From positions 2,315-66,314 of the forward strand of contig JAFGKM010000051.1 in NCBI GenBank assembly GCA_016928555.1: a stretch of DNA of 64,000 nucleotides. Direction: 5' to 3'. Source of the stretch: Candidatus Omnitrophota bacterium. GTDB lineage: Bacteria; Ratteibacteria; UBA8468; B48-G9; JAFGKM01. Under the pieces are notes generated by a model that made no database searches, was not told the origin of the DNA, and worked only from the letters and a program-made list of their open reading frames with translations. The position numbers and the translations under genes are program-made. Positions 27,561-38,476 of the stretch are shown piece by piece (positions within the stretch are counted from its first letter, which is position 1; each line of letters opens with the position of its first letter).

Positions 27561-29276
27561 ATGAAACAGATAAAAGGAATAGGCGTTTCTTCGGGCGTTG
27601 CAATCGGCAAGGCGTGGATATGGGAGAATTCCCTTTTGAAAGAGCCCGAATATGCAATAGACGAATCTTCCGTGGATGTTGAGGTGCAGCGTTTTAACAA
27701 AGCCTTGGAGTCTACCGAGATTCAAATCAGGGAGATGCAGAGAAATTTTGAAAGGCAGGTGGGCAATCAGTATTCCGACATTTTTTCTTTTCATCTGGCT
27801 TTTTTAAAGGACGCCGTTCTCAAGAATGAAACGGAAAATATAATCCGGGACGAAAAGATAAACAGTGAGAGCGCCCTTACGAAAGTCATACAGAAACTGG
27901 GCAGGGAATTCAGGAAAAAAGAGACGGATTTTTTCAAGGACAGGAGAAGAGACCTTCTTGACGTAATTGAAAAAATAGTTCTCAATCTAAGGGGTTCCTC
28001 ATCAGCCAGAATAAAAACGTTCAAGGACGAGATAATCGTTGCCAGAGATTTATCCCCGAGCCAGACCGTTTCGCTGGACAAGAACCGCGTTATCGGCTTT
28101 GTTACCGAGATAGGCAGTGAGACTTCCCATGCGGCAATAATCGCAAAAGCGCTGGAGATACCGGCTGTCGTGGCCGAAAATGCGGCCGGCGAGATAAAAA
28201 ACGGCGACGCCGTCATTGTAGACGGAACTGCCGGCATTGTGATTGTAAATCCAGTAAAAGAGGTTGTTGATAAATACAGGGGGAAAAAGAAAGAGATTTT
28301 CAGGATGAAGGAAAGACTTCTGCAAATAAAGAACCTGCCATGCCAGACGCTGGACGGAAAGAGGGTGCATCTTCACGCCAACATAGAGCTCCCGGAAGAA
28401 GTTGAGACCGCAAAAAAATACGGCGCAGAGGGGATAGGGCTTTACAGGACCGAATACCTTTATCTGAACAGGAAAGACCTCCCTTCGGAAGAGGAGCAGT
28501 TTCTTGCTTATAAAAATGTTGCCGAGAAAATTGGTGCGGGAAAGCCGGTTATCATCAGAACTATTGATATAGGCGGGGACAAGTTCATCTCTGCCCTGCC
28601 CGCCACTGTAGAGCTGAATCCCTTCCTCGGCTGGAGAGGGATACGCTTCTGCCTTGAAAGAAAGGATATATTTAAAATACAGCTTAGGGCAATACTGAGA
28701 GCGGCAGTCTACGGAAATCTTAAAATAATGTTTCCGATGATTTCGACGATAGAGGAAATAAGAGCCGCCAAGAAAATGCTTCAGGGCGTCAAAGCGGAGA
28801 TGAAGAAGGAGAAAAAGAGATTCAACGGCAAGATTGAAGTCGGAATAATGGTTGAGACGCCTTCGGCGGCGCTGATAACTGATAAATTTGCCGGGGAATC
28901 GGATTTTTTCAGCATTGGCTCCAACGACCTTGTTCAGTACACCCTTGCCGTTGACAGGGGCAACGAGAAGATATCGCACCTGTACCAGCCGTGCCATCCG
29001 GCGGTCCTGAAACTTATAAGGATGACCGTTGAAAACTCGCGCATGAGAGGTATCTGGACGGGACTGTGCGGAGAGATGGCTTCCATTCCGGAGATAGCCT
29101 GCCTTCTTGTGGGTACCGGCGTTGATGAATTGAGCATGGCCCCGGGAGCGATACCTGCGGTAAAAGAGAAGATACGCTCCGTGCATTACGGAAAACTTAA
29201 GGAAATTGCGGAAAAAGTTCTTGTGTTTGACACGCACGAAAAGGTTTACAACTATCTTTTAAGAGAAATTAAATGA
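27561..29276 (+). CDS. ptsI: PEP-protein phosphotransferase (Enzyme I)
   Basis: TSHAAI, GLYRTE, NPFLGWRGIR, SIGSNDLVQY, CGE. Confidence 0.96.
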   Translation: MKQIKGIGVSSGVAIGKAWIWENSLLKEPEYAIDESSVDVEVQRFNKALESTEIQIREMQRNFERQVGNQYSDIFSFHLAFLKDAVLKNETENIIRDEKINSESALTKVIQKLGREFRKKETDFFKDRRRDLLDVIEKIVLNLRGSSSARIKTFKDEIIVARDLSPSQTVSLDKNRVIGFVTEIGSETSHAAIIAKALEIPAVVAENAAGEIKNGDAVIVDGTAGIVIVNPVKEVVDKYRGKKKEIFRMKERLLQIKNLPCQTLDGKRVHLHANIELPEEVETAKKYGAEGIGLYRTEYLYLNRKDLPSEEEQFLAYKNVAEKIGAGKPVIIRTIDIGGDKFISALPATVELNPFLGWRGIRFCLERKDIFKIQLRAILRAAVYGNLKIMFPMISTIEEIRAAKKMLQGVKAEMKKEKKRFNGKIEVGIMVETPSAALITDKFAGESDFFSIGSNDLVQYTLAVDRGNEKISHLYQPCHPAVLKLIRMTVENSRMRGIWTGLCGEMASIPEIACLLVGTGVDELSMAPGAIPAVKEKIRSVHYGKLKEIAEKVLVFDTHEKVYNYLLREIK

Positions 29277-30331
29277 AGGAGGCTGCGATGTCCGGAAGAG
29301 TCACTTCGGAAGAAATCAAAAAACTGGATAGGCGGGATATGCTGGGAAAGCTTAAGGGGTTTTCCCTGCAGTGTGAGGAAGCCTATTCCCTGCCGGCCCC
29401 TGCCCTTCTCCCGGAAAAGGATTTCAACAGGATTATATTCTGCGGCATGGGAGGTTCCGCAATCGGAGGGGATATTATAAATGCGCTTGCTTTTGAGAAT
29501 TCCCGGATACCGTGTTTCGTAAACAGGGACTACTGCCTGCCTTTTTTTGCCGACGGCAAAACGCTCGCAGTAATCATAAGCTACTCCGGCAATACCGAAG
29601 AGACTCTTAGCGCTTTGGAAAAAGCGAGGGAAAGGGGATGTCCCGTCGTGTGTATAACAAGCGGAGGACAGGTTGAGAAAATTGCGTCTTCGGATAAACT
29701 GCCGCTGGTAAAGATACCCGGAGGATACCCTCCGAGATGCGCAATGGGATATTTGTTTTTCCCCTGCTATAAAATATTGAGCGCTCTGGGCGTTTTGCCG
29801 GAGCTTGATGCCTCGATTTTTAACCGCATAAGGCGCTGGTCCGAGGATTTTTTCCCTGAAAATGAAAAAAGTCTTGCAAAAGGCGCCGCCTTGAAGTTCT
29901 ACGGAAAGATACCGCTGATTTATTCGGGCGCGAGGTTTCTGCCCGCCTTGACAAGATGGAAAACGCAGATTGCGGAGAACAGCAAGTCTTTTGCATTCAT
30001 TAACGTTTTTCCCGAGATGAATCACAACGAGATTATGTCATGGCGCTATCCTGACTGGTTTATCGCCAGATCCGTGCCGGTTTTCATAACTTCGGAGAAA
30101 GAGCATCCGAGAACTGATAAGCGTTTTAAAATAACGAGAGAAATAATATCCGGTGTAAATACTGATATTCTTGACTTGAGGACGGAGGGAGACAGCCTGC
30201 TGGAGGAGATTTTTTACCTGATTGTGCTCGGAGACTGGATAAGCTTCTATCTTGCGGTTCTTAACGGCGCAGACCCGACAGAGATAAACGGAATAGACCT
30301 TTTGAAAAAAAGAATGGGAGGAACTTCATGA
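29273..30331 (+). CDS. Bifunctional phosphoglucose/phosphomannose isomerase
   Basis: [29 protein letters not shown]. Confidence 0.92.
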   Translation: MKEAAMSGRVTSEEIKKLDRRDMLGKLKGFSLQCEEAYSLPAPALLPEKDFNRIIFCGMGGSAIGGDIINALAFENSRIPCFVNRDYCLPFFADGKTLAVIISYSGNTEETLSALEKARERGCPVVCITSGGQVEKIASSDKLPLVKIPGGYPPRCAMGYLFFPCYKILSALGVLPELDASIFNRIRRWSEDFFPENEKSLAKGAALKFYGKIPLIYSGARFLPALTRWKTQIAENSKSFAFINVFPEMNHNEIMSWRYPDWFIARSVPVFITSEKEHPRTDKRFKITREIISGVNTDILDLRTEGDSLLEEIFYLIVLGDWISFYLAVLNGADPTEINGIDLLKKRMGGTS

Positions 30332-31464
30332 ACAACTCGTATCTTTTTACTTCAGAATCGGTTACGGAAGGGCATCCTGACAAGATATGCGACCAGATAT
30401 CGGACTCAATACTTGACGAAGTTCTGAAACAGGATAAAAACGGGCGGGTGGCTTGCGAATGCCTCACCACGAGAGGGCTCATTTTTGTAGCCGGAGAGAT
30501 AGGCACAAAGGGATATGTGGATATTCCCGCTGTAGTCAGGCAGCTGCTCGCAGAAGTGGGGTATACGGAACCTTCTTACGGTTTCCATTTTGATGCCAGC
30601 GCAGTCATCACTTCAATACAGAACCAGTCTCCGGACATAGCGCTTGGCGTTGACAAGGGAGGCGCCGGCGACCAGGGCATGATGTTCGGGTACGCCTCCG
30701 ACGAAACTGATGAATTTATGCCAATGCCCATATCCCTTGCGCATAAGCTTGTGAGGCGGCTTGCCGGAATCAGAAAGGAAAAAAAACTTGATTACCTCCG
30801 GCCTGACGGCAAATCGCAGGTTACCGTGCGCTATGAAAACGGCGTACCCCGAACGGTAGAAAGCGTTGTCCTGTCAACACAGCACAATCCCGGGATTCCT
30901 CAAAAGAAGATAAAAGACGACCTGACAGAGCTGGTTATAAACAGGGTTGTTCCCGCAGGCATAAGAAGCAGGAAGATGCAGATTTTTGTCAATCCCACCG
31001 GAAGGTTTATCATCGGAGGACCGCAGGCCGATACAGGCGTAACAGGGAGGAAAATAATCGTAGATACTTACGGCGGCGTAGGGAGCCACGGAGGGGGCTG
31101 TTTTTCCGGCAAGGACCCGACAAAGGTGGACAGGTCGGCTTCATATATGGCAAGATACCTTGCAAAGAACATAGTCGCTTCGGGGCTTGCAAAAAAATGC
31201 GAGATACAGATTGCCTACGTCATAGGCATGAAACAGCCGGTCTCCATTATGGTGAATACTGAAAATACCGGCGCCGTGCCTGACAGTGCCATTGTCCGGC
31301 TCATAAAAGACAATTTTGACCTTTCGCCCGGCGGCATCATAAAGAAGCTTGACCTGCGCAGGCCCATATATAGGAGGACTGCCTGTTACGGACATTTCGG
31401 GAGAGAGGAAGATGGGTTTGCCTGGGAGAAAAAAGACTCGGTTAAGATATTCCGGAAAGGATAA
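30328..31464 (+). CDS. metK: S-adenosylmethionine synthetase
   Basis: [30 protein letters not shown]. Confidence 0.98.
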   Translation: MNNSYLFTSESVTEGHPDKICDQISDSILDEVLKQDKNGRVACECLTTRGLIFVAGEIGTKGYVDIPAVVRQLLAEVGYTEPSYGFHFDASAVITSIQNQSPDIALGVDKGGAGDQGMMFGYASDETDEFMPMPISLAHKLVRRLAGIRKEKKLDYLRPDGKSQVTVRYENGVPRTVESVVLSTQHNPGIPQKKIKDDLTELVINRVVPAGIRSRKMQIFVNPTGRFIIGGPQADTGVTGRKIIVDTYGGVGSHGGGCFSGKDPTKVDRSASYMARYLAKNIVASGLAKKCEIQIAYVIGMKQPVSIMVNTENTGAVPDSAIVRLIKDNFDLSPGGIIKKLDLRRPIYRRTACYGHFGREEDGFAWEKKDSVKIFRKG

Positions 31465-31514
31465 TTTTACCCGCCTCCGCAGAAACCCGGAAATAAGAAG
31501 AGATATAGCAGTTC

Positions 31515-32150
31515 ATGGAACATTTTTACTTAAGCAGGACACAAAAGACGGACAAAAAACCGCTGACAATCGGGATAACGGGCATATTCGGCTCAGGCAA
31601 GACAACGGTTGCCGGAATCTTCGGCAGAGAAGGAATCCCCGTTATCTCATGCGACGCAATAGTCCACCGCCTTCTTAAAAAGAAAAACATCCTGGGAAAA
31701 ATACGGAAGCTGTTCGGCGAATCTGTTTTTGAAGGAGGAATGCTTGACAGAAGAAAAATGGGGAAATTAATTTTTTCCAGCAGTTCAAAGAGAATCGCGC
31801 TGGAGAAGATGCTTCATCCGCATGTCTTTAAAGAGATAGAAAAAAGAAAACTTGACTATGCCGGTAAAAGTGATATAATAGTAATAGAAGTTCCTTTGCT
31901 CTTCGAGACCAAATCAGAAATCCTGTTCGATAAAACGGTTGTCGTTTCCTCTTCTCCGAAGGAAATCAAAGAACGGCTGAAAGGAAAATTCAGCGAAGAG
32001 GAAGTAGCAGAAAGATGGAACAACCAGCTTCCATTGAGCGAAAAAGAAAAAAAAGCCGATTACATTATCCGTAATTCCAATGATAAAAGTGCCGGACGGC
32101 AGGTGCATCTTCTTATCGAAAAACTTAAAAGCGAAATTATTTCCGGCTGA
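31515..32150 (+). CDS. coaE: Dephospho-CoA kinase
   Basis: GITGIFGSGKTT, D.IVH, LHP, EVPLLFE. Confidence 0.93.
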   Translation: MEHFYLSRTQKTDKKPLTIGITGIFGSGKTTVAGIFGREGIPVISCDAIVHRLLKKKNILGKIRKLFGESVFEGGMLDRRKMGKLIFSSSSKRIALEKMLHPHVFKEIEKRKLDYAGKSDIIVIEVPLLFETKSEILFDKTVVVSSSPKEIKERLKGKFSEEEVAERWNNQLPLSEKEKKADYIIRNSNDKSAGRQVHLLIEKLKSEIISG

Positions 32151-32288
32151 AACACGCCAAGCATTTCAACGTACAATTCAGGATTTATTAAACGTTTATT
32201 AAAGCAATCCAGTATTCATAAAACAAAATCACACTTCTTCACGGTTTAAGAAATCCGGAGAAGGGTTCAGTATAAAGGAGGAATCATA

Positions 32289-33563
32289 ATGGAAGCAATA
32301 AAGGATGTGGACATTGCGGCGCTGAGGAAACTTACTATCCCGAAACTTCAGGGCATAGCAAAAACCCTCAAGGTTGACGGCGTGAGCAATCTGAGAAAGG
32401 AAGAACTGATTTATAAGATTATGGAATCCCAAACCCAGAGGGAGGGGCTTTTGTTCGGCGAGGGCGTTCTGGAAATTCTTCCGGACGGTTTCGGATTTCT
32501 GCGCTCGCCAAACTATAATTACCTTCCGGGTCCGGACGATATTTACATTTCCCCGTCCCAGATAAAGAAATTTGCTTTAAAAACCGGCGACACGGTTTCG
32601 GGGCAGATAAGGCCGCCTAAGGACAACGAAAAATATTTTGCGCTCCTTAAAGTGGAAAGAGTAAATTCCGAACCGCCCGAAAAGATTCAGTTCAGGGTTC
32701 CTTTTGAAGAGCTGACGCCTATTCATCCGGATAAACGGTTTATTCTTGAGACCACCTCCGATGAGATAACCACAAGGGTTATAGACCTTGTTACGCCCAT
32801 TGGAAAGGGGCAGAGAGGGCTCATCGTATCGCCTCCGAGAACAGGCAAGACCGTCATTCTCCAGAAGCTTGCAAACGCAATAGCGGCAAATACTCCCGAC
32901 GCGCATCTGATTGTCCTGCTCATAGCGGAAAGGCCGGAGGAGGTAACGGAGATGAAGCGCCTCGTCCGGGGCGAAGTAATCAGCGCAACTTTCGACGAAT
33001 CTCCCGAAAGGCACACCCAGGTTGCCGAAATAGTAATGGAGAAAGCCAAACGGCTCGTGGAGCACAAGAAGGACGTTGTGATACTTCTCGACAGCATTAC
33101 CCGGCTTGCGCGGGCATACAACGTTCTTGTGCCTCATACGGGCAAGATTATGACAGGCGGACTGGAGTCAAACGCTCTGGACAAGCCGAAAAGATTTTTC
33201 GGTGCGGCAAGAAACATAGAAGAAGGAGGAAGCCTTACCATTATAGGCACGGCGCTGATAGATACGGGAAGCAAAATGGACGACGTGATTTTCGAGGAGT
33301 TCAAAGGCACCGGCAATATGGAAATAAACCTTGAACGGAAGCTTTCCGACAGAAGGACGTTTCCCGCCATTGACATCAACAGGTCCGGTACAAGAAGGGA
33401 GGAGCTTCTTGTGGACGCCCAGGAGCTTCAGCTGGTGTGGCTGTTCAGGAAGGTTCTTGCTCCGCTGAATTCCGTTGAAGCGATGGAACTGCTTATAGCG
33501 AGGATGAAAGGCACAAAGTCAAACATAGAGCTTCTTCTTGCCATCAAAGCCCAGACGCAATAA
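32289..33563 (+). CDS. rho: Transcription termination factor Rho
   Basis: [32 protein letters not shown]. Confidence 0.98.
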   Translation: MEAIKDVDIAALRKLTIPKLQGIAKTLKVDGVSNLRKEELIYKIMESQTQREGLLFGEGVLEILPDGFGFLRSPNYNYLPGPDDIYISPSQIKKFALKTGDTVSGQIRPPKDNEKYFALLKVERVNSEPPEKIQFRVPFEELTPIHPDKRFILETTSDEITTRVIDLVTPIGKGQRGLIVSPPRTGKTVILQKLANAIAANTPDAHLIVLLIAERPEEVTEMKRLVRGEVISATFDESPERHTQVAEIVMEKAKRLVEHKKDVVILLDSITRLARAYNVLVPHTGKIMTGGLESNALDKPKRFFGAARNIEEGGSLTIIGTALIDTGSKMDDVIFEEFKGTGNMEINLERKLSDRRTFPAIDINRSGTRREELLVDAQELQLVWLFRKVLAPLNSVEAMELLIARMKGTKSNIELLLAIKAQTQ

Positions 33564-33567
33564 ACTT

Positions 33568-33670
33568 CAGCGTATAGTAGAAAATACAGCGTATAGCGTT
33601 TAGCGTATAGTGGAGACTTAGCGTGGAGCGTTTATTTAAAAATACGCTGTACGCTATACCCTATACGCCG
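33568..33670. repeat. Heptamer inverted repeat element (family B), possible bidirectional terminator
   Basis: agcgtatagcgtttagcgtatag...tacgctgtacgctataccctatacgc between convergent genes. Confidence 0.75.
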
Positions 33671-33686
33671 CTTTTAATCTTGCCAT

Positions 33687-34763
33687 CTATGCCAGCAGTG
33701 CTTCAAGATTCACGTGTTTTTCTATAAGCTTCCGCGCCATATCTATCTTTTCAGCGTCTTCTTCTGTTATTTTCACAACAAGCTCATGTATCAGGGAAGC
33801 CGTTTCATACGTTCCCTCGGAAACTATGATTGTCGGGATATCGTATTTTTTAATCAGGTCAAGAATGCTCTTGTGAGGATAAAGACCTCCCGTAAGGACC
33901 AGCGCCCTGATTTCGCTTTCAGAAAAGCTTTCTATGGCGGCAAGTATCATATCCTCCCTGTCTCCGGGCGTAACGAGCAGGGAGTCCTGTTTAAAATAGT
34001 CCAGCGCATGCCTGGCAGTCATCGCTCCTATAACTATGTTTTTGATCTTAATATTAAAATTTCCTGCACCTGACAGTATTTTTCCGTTAATGCATTCGCA
34101 TATCTGATGAAGATTGGGCTGTAGAAGCGAAGCGGCAAAAGGGATTGCTCCGAGCAGGGGAATGCCTATCCTGCCAAAGCCTTTCCGCAGATATTTTTCA
34201 ACTATCTGCTGTTTCTCCGGTATTATCTTATTAACGACAACTCCCTTTACGGGAACTCCCTTATCTTTAAAAAGAGAGAGATTGAGGGAAACTTCATCAA
34301 TGGGTTTTCCTATGCCGCCTATGGATATTATGATTACGGGAGTTTCAAGAATGCGCGCGACTTCCGCGTTGCTCATGTCAAAAACAGCGCCTACGCCGGC
34401 ATGGCCCGTGCCTTCAACAACCACAACGTCCGCATCCGCCGAGATTTTACCGTACGCCGCCTTAATCTGTTCTTCAAGAGCACCTTTCTGCGGGTTGTCC
34501 AGATACTCCCTTGTAAATCCTCCTTCAACCGCAACCGGATTCAGGTTTTTCCAGTCTGCCTTTATCCCGCACACCCTCTGCATCAAAACGGCGTCCTTGT
34601 CAACCTTGACTCCGTCTACTATAAGGTATTTCTGCCCGACCGGCTTCATGAAGCCGACTTTTTCGAAATATTTCTTCAGGGTAAGCATCAAGCCTATGCT
34701 GAAAACTGTTTTGCCGTCATTCTGCCGCGTAGATGCTATGAAAATTTTTTTTGTCGCGCCCAT
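33687..34763 (-). CDS. BioD-like P-loop + DRTGG protein (phosphotransacetylase N-terminal-like)
   Basis: QNDGKT, MKPVG, VEGTGH, TPGDRED, LTGG. Confidence 0.85.
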   Translation of the reverse strand: MGATKKIFIASTRQNDGKTVFSIGLMLTLKKYFEKVGFMKPVGQKYLIVDGVKVDKDAVLMQRVCGIKADWKNLNPVAVEGGFTREYLDNPQKGALEEQIKAAYGKISADADVVVVEGTGHAGVGAVFDMSNAEVARILETPVIIISIGGIGKPIDEVSLNLSLFKDKGVPVKGVVVNKIIPEKQQIVEKYLRKGFGRIGIPLLGAIPFAASLLQPNLHQICECINGKILSGAGNFNIKIKNIVIGAMTARHALDYFKQDSLLVTPGDREDMILAAIESFSESEIRALVLTGGLYPHKSILDLIKKYDIPTIIVSEGTYETASLIHELVVKITEEDAEKIDMARKLIEKHVNLEALLA

Positions 34764-34770
34764 GCCTAAT

Positions 34771-34799
34771 ATATTAGCAAATTTTTCTGCGTGTTACAA
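34771..34799 (-). promoter_or_regulatory. Putative promoter giving leaderless mRNA
   Basis: TTGTAA-17-TAATAT-7 nt-ATG. Confidence 0.5.
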
Positions 34800-34870
34800 A
34801 AACATTATGTGTTTGACAGGTAAGATTTTTAATAGTAAGCTTTTCACATTTAGTGTGTCAGGGATATAAG

Positions 34871-35968
34871 ATGAACGTATTTACCGTAATTTATTTAGCG
34901 TCGTTTCTTATGGCGTGCGTGAATTATATTTTAAACATTTCCCTTGCGCTCTTTCTTGCGCAGGTGAAACAGGCGGGGCCTTTCATAATCGGGCTTGCGG
35001 GGTTTACGGGAAATGTCGCGTTTACTGCGGGGACTCTCCTGCTCGCGCGCTACTCGCAGAGAAAGAAAACATCCGTCTTTATCTATGTCCCGGCCGGAAT
35101 TGCGCTTCTTTACCTGCTGATTCGTTTTTCACCCATGCCCCTTATTTTCCTCTTTCTTTTTATTGCCGGTGCCCTGTATGCTTTTTTCTGGCCGGCCGTG
35201 CAGAGATGTTTTAAAGAGCCGGGGGATGAGCTTCACATCGGGATATACAACCTTGCATGGTCGGGGGGAGTAATATGCGGCGCTTTTTCCGCCGGTATGC
35301 TTTATGCGCTGAATTATACCGCCCCTTTTATCACTGCCTTTATCCTTTCCGCCTGCGCTTTTTTTCTGATTGTACTGTCAAGGGCGGAACTTCTTGCACT
35401 TAATAAGTATTCCGAAAAGGAGGAAAGCGAAAAAAGACTGCCGGCGGAAACGGTAAAAGAAGTGCGCCTGCTAAATTTCCTCCATTTCTTCGCCGCAAGC
35501 TCGATTTTTTTCCTGTATCCGAAGCTGGGGCTTGAACGTGGCTTCTCCCCGCAGTTTATCGGCTCTGCGGCGGGCATTCTTCTTATCTGCCGGTTCGTTG
35601 TCTTTTCGCTTCTTATAGACAAGCCTATGATTATGCATCCTGCAAGGTTTATTATCTCATGCTTCCTGTTTTTTGTCAGCTGCTGCCTCACAGGCTTGGG
35701 AGGCCAACCGTATGCCGTTATAGCGGGCGTGGCAATACTGGGCGCATCAGGAGCGGTTTCCTACCATAACAGCCTGCTGATGCATATAAAGCACGGCCTG
35801 AAAACTGAAATACACGAAAGCATTATAGGGATGGGGGCGCTTTCGGGAGCTCTGGTAACGGGACTGCTCGGGCAGATTCTCAATCTCCCCGTCGCTTTTG
35901 TCCTTGTCGGCGCGGGCATCCTGCTTGCCGGTGTATGGCACAGCAGAAAATATCTTTCACGAAGATAA
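34871..35968 (+). CDS. MFS-like transporter
   Basis: About 12 hydrophobic segments in two halves; TTGACA-17-TAAGCT upstream. Confidence 0.75.
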   Translation: MNVFTVIYLASFLMACVNYILNISLALFLAQVKQAGPFIIGLAGFTGNVAFTAGTLLLARYSQRKKTSVFIYVPAGIALLYLLIRFSPMPLIFLFLFIAGALYAFFWPAVQRCFKEPGDELHIGIYNLAWSGGVICGAFSAGMLYALNYTAPFITAFILSACAFFLIVLSRAELLALNKYSEKEESEKRLPAETVKEVRLLNFLHFFAASSIFFLYPKLGLERGFSPQFIGSAAGILLICRFVVFSLLIDKPMIMHPARFIISCFLFFVSCCLTGLGGQPYAVIAGVAILGASGAVSYHNSLLMHIKHGLKTEIHESIIGMGALSGALVTGLLGQILNLPVAFVLVGAGILLAGVWHSRKYLSRR

Positions 35969-35971
35969 AAT

Positions 35972-36874
35972 TTATGCTCCGGTAAACTCGGGGAAGTTCT
36001 TTTTCCATTCCCGGTAAAGGTTATTTTCTTCGGTTTCCGTCATGTTTTTTCTCAAAGGCTCTCTCGCACAGCCGGCGTCTATGCCCCTGAATTTCAAGGC
36101 CGTCTTCCATGCTTCCATTCCGCCGTATTTCTTGAGAAGAGAGACTGCAACCGTAACCCTTTCCTGGAGTTCCATGGCTTTCTTTATATCTCCCGCAATA
36201 AAATTTTTGTATATGCCCGTAAAAATCTCGGGCAAGACATTCTGTGTGGAGCCGATTGAGCCGGAAACTCCCATTGTCAGTGCCGGCAAGAACATCTCGT
36301 CCGGTCCGGAAAGCGCAATCCATTTGCCTTCCGCCTTCAAAAGCAAATCCTGGAGTATGTACATATCGGGATTGGTGTATTTAAGTCCTATGATGTTTTT
36401 TATGCCGCGAAGCCTTAGTATATCCTCGTTTGAAAGAATGACGCCGGTTGTTCCGGGTATATAGTAAATCAAAAAGGGAAGAGACGTGCTTTCGGCCACT
36501 CTCTTATAGTAGTCAAAAATCTCTTTGAATCCGATTTTGTAGTAAATGGGGGGGATTGAAGACACTGCGTCAAGCTTCATTTTTTCCGCATGCCTCGCAA
36601 GATCAATGGCGTTTTTCGTATTAAGGATTCCGCCGACATGGGTGATAAGGCGTACCTTGCCGCCCGCCTCTTCCCTTACCGTTTCAACCACCAGTTTTCT
36701 TTCATCCACGTCCATGGAAGGGCCTTCTCCCGTTCCCCCGCATATGTAAAGTCCATCAATACCCTTTTTTATCAAAAACCTGACAAGGTTTTTCAGCCGC
36801 GTCCTGGATATCCTGCCTTCTTTATCGAAAGGCGTCAAAAGTGCCGCATAGACTCCGCAAAATTTGTTTTTCAC
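35972..36874 (-). CDS. DHDPS/N-acetylneuraminate lyase family aldolase
   Basis: LTPF, GGTGE, YYIP, GLKYT Schiff-base Lys. Confidence 0.88.
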   Translation of the reverse strand: MKNKFCGVYAALLTPFDKEGRISRTRLKNLVRFLIKKGIDGLYICGGTGEGPSMDVDERKLVVETVREEAGGKVRLITHVGGILNTKNAIDLARHAEKMKLDAVSSIPPIYYKIGFKEIFDYYKRVAESTSLPFLIYYIPGTTGVILSNEDILRLRGIKNIIGLKYTNPDMYILQDLLLKAEGKWIALSGPDEMFLPALTMGVSGSIGSTQNVLPEIFTGIYKNFIAGDIKKAMELQERVTVAVSLLKKYGGMEAWKTALKFRGIDAGCAREPLRKNMTETEENNLYREWKKNFPEFTGA

Positions 36875-36912
36875 CTGTTTTCTCCCTTAAAAATGTATAC
36901 AAATTATCATGT

Positions 36913-37662
36913 TCAGACAGTTCTGTCAAAAAAAACAGCCGTTGAATTTTGATACCGCTTTCCGTAGAGTTTTGCGTTGTAGGGGGCGCGCCTGCCGGTG
37001 CATTTTTCCCTCGGGCAGAGCATACAGCTTTCAAAGGCGGTCCCGGTCGGGAACAGCAGGCCGGATACGGATTTTGAAGGGAGCATCAAGAAGCTTTCCG
37101 TCAGAACCACGCCGGCGGTTTCTTTCACGTTGCCCATCATTTTAAAAAAAGGCTTCTGTTCTTCTATCGGCCAGTCCTTGAGGGAGCCGGGAGCCATCCT
37201 TGCAGATTTCTTAAGGCCGTAAGTTTCCTTAATGTAATCGTAGAGAAAAGTTACGGCAGATTCAAGGGCCGACTGCTTGATATGGTCGGCGAAATAAGAA
37301 AAAAACGGGTCGGTATAATTTTTTGACCACTCCTCAAGCTCTGCTCCGCATGTTATGACATATAAAAACACCCTGTGAGCTTTTTCAAGGTTTACGGTTA
37401 ACACCCTGCTTTTGAAGGTTGTTTCACCGATAACCACGCTGTCTTCCGTTCTGCCGTTGATATATTCAATCCTGTAAACCGCTTTTGGCGCTCCCTTCAG
37501 CTCCGCCTCGGCGGCCATCTTTAAAATTAAATCGTATTCTTCGCTGTCCTGGGGTATTTTCAGTTTTTCCGCGGCCTTTACGGCATCAACCTTAAAGGGA
37601 ATATTGTTTAAAAAAAAGAGTCCGCCGTTGCAGATAACGTTTATATTATGGGAAATAGGCAT
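36913..37662 (-). CDS. Stand-alone B12 methionine synthase activation domain-like protein
   Basis: TCG..LE, PGSL.DWPIEEQ, MLPSKSVSG, C..CPR..C..RRAPY. Confidence 0.75.
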   Translation of the reverse strand: MPISHNINVICNGGLFFLNNIPFKVDAVKAAEKLKIPQDSEEYDLILKMAAEAELKGAPKAVYRIEYINGRTEDSVVIGETTFKSRVLTVNLEKAHRVFLYVITCGAELEEWSKNYTDPFFSYFADHIKQSALESAVTFLYDYIKETYGLKKSARMAPGSLKDWPIEEQKPFFKMMGNVKETAGVVLTESFLMLPSKSVSGLLFPTGTAFESCMLCPREKCTGRRAPYNAKLYGKRYQNSTAVFFDRTV

Positions 37663-37676
37663 TTTGTGTTCCTGTC

Positions 37677-37838
37677 AAATCCACCCTAACCCTCCTTTGC
37701 TAAAGGAGGGAACCTCCAAATCCACCCTAACCCTCCTTTGCTAAAGGAGGGAACCTCCAAATCCACCCTAACCCTCCTTTGCTAAAGGAGGGAACTGTTT
37801 AGTCCCCCTTTGATAAAGAGGGAATTAAAGGGAGATTT
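37677..37838. repeat. Three tandem copies of a 41-bp hairpin unit ending in a full family A element
   Basis: aaatccaccctaaccctcctttgctaaaggagggaacctcc starting at 37677, 37718 and 37759 (third copy truncated). Confidence 0.9.
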
Positions 37839-37843
37839 GTTCA

Positions 37844-38458
37844 TTATAATTCTTCAAGAAGTTTGACGGTTTTTACCGCGGTCTGCCTTTTGTCAAGCCG
37901 GCTGAATTTTTCAACCCTGCCGTCCTTGAGGATAAAAACAACCTTTGAGTCTTTACCTTTGAGGAAATCAGGGGTGTCTGCCACAATCAGGTCAAGTTTC
38001 TTTTCTTTCAGTTTCTCCCCTGCGTTTTTAAGTATATCCGAAGTTTCCAGGGCAAACCCTACTACTGTCTGATTTTTTCTTTTAATTCTGACTGCCTCTT
38101 TGAGTATGTCCGGATTGGGGACAAGTTTAAGTTCCCATGCCTTTTTCCGTTTCAGCTTTCCCCTGTGTTTTTTCGCAGGCCTCCAGTCGCTGACCGCCGC
38201 GGTCATGATAAGAGCGTCTGCCTTCGGAAACCGTTTCAGTATTTCTTTCCGCATTTCTTCCGCAGTCTCCACGCGCAAAAGTCTGGCTTTACCCGGCGGC
38301 TTAAGATGTGTCGGTCCGCTGACAATAACAACACTGTGCCCTTTTTTCAGGCATTCTTCAGCAATGAGATACCCCATTTTCCCCGTGGAAGGATTGCTGA
38401 TAAATCTCACGGGGTCAATGTATTCCCTTGTGGGTCCCGCGCTTATCAGTATTTTCAT
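37844..38458 (-). CDS. coaB: Phosphopantothenate-cysteine ligase (stand-alone CoaB)
   Basis: SAGPTREYIDPVRFISNPSTGKMG, AAVSD, NPDIL, GFALET. Confidence 0.92.
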   Translation of the reverse strand: MKILISAGPTREYIDPVRFISNPSTGKMGYLIAEECLKKGHSVVIVSGPTHLKPPGKARLLRVETAEEMRKEILKRFPKADALIMTAAVSDWRPAKKHRGKLKRKKAWELKLVPNPDILKEAVRIKRKNQTVVGFALETSDILKNAGEKLKEKKLDLIVADTPDFLKGKDSKVVFILKDGRVEKFSRLDKRQTAVKTVKLLEEL

Positions 38459-38476
38459 TTATCCCTAACCTTTTTT

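Noticed and set aside
28050-29237. 395-aa antisense ORF opposite ptsI, and similar shadow ORFs across the window
   Set aside because: They lie fully inside well-supported genes and have no recognisable domains.
32151-32288. Rho autoregulatory leader or ncRNA
   Set aside because: Plausible from precedent, but no specific motif or structure can be supported by eye.
37677-37795. Possible CRISPR array (palindromic direct repeats)
   Set aside because: The units are contiguous and identical with no unique spacers, and there are no cas genes in the window.
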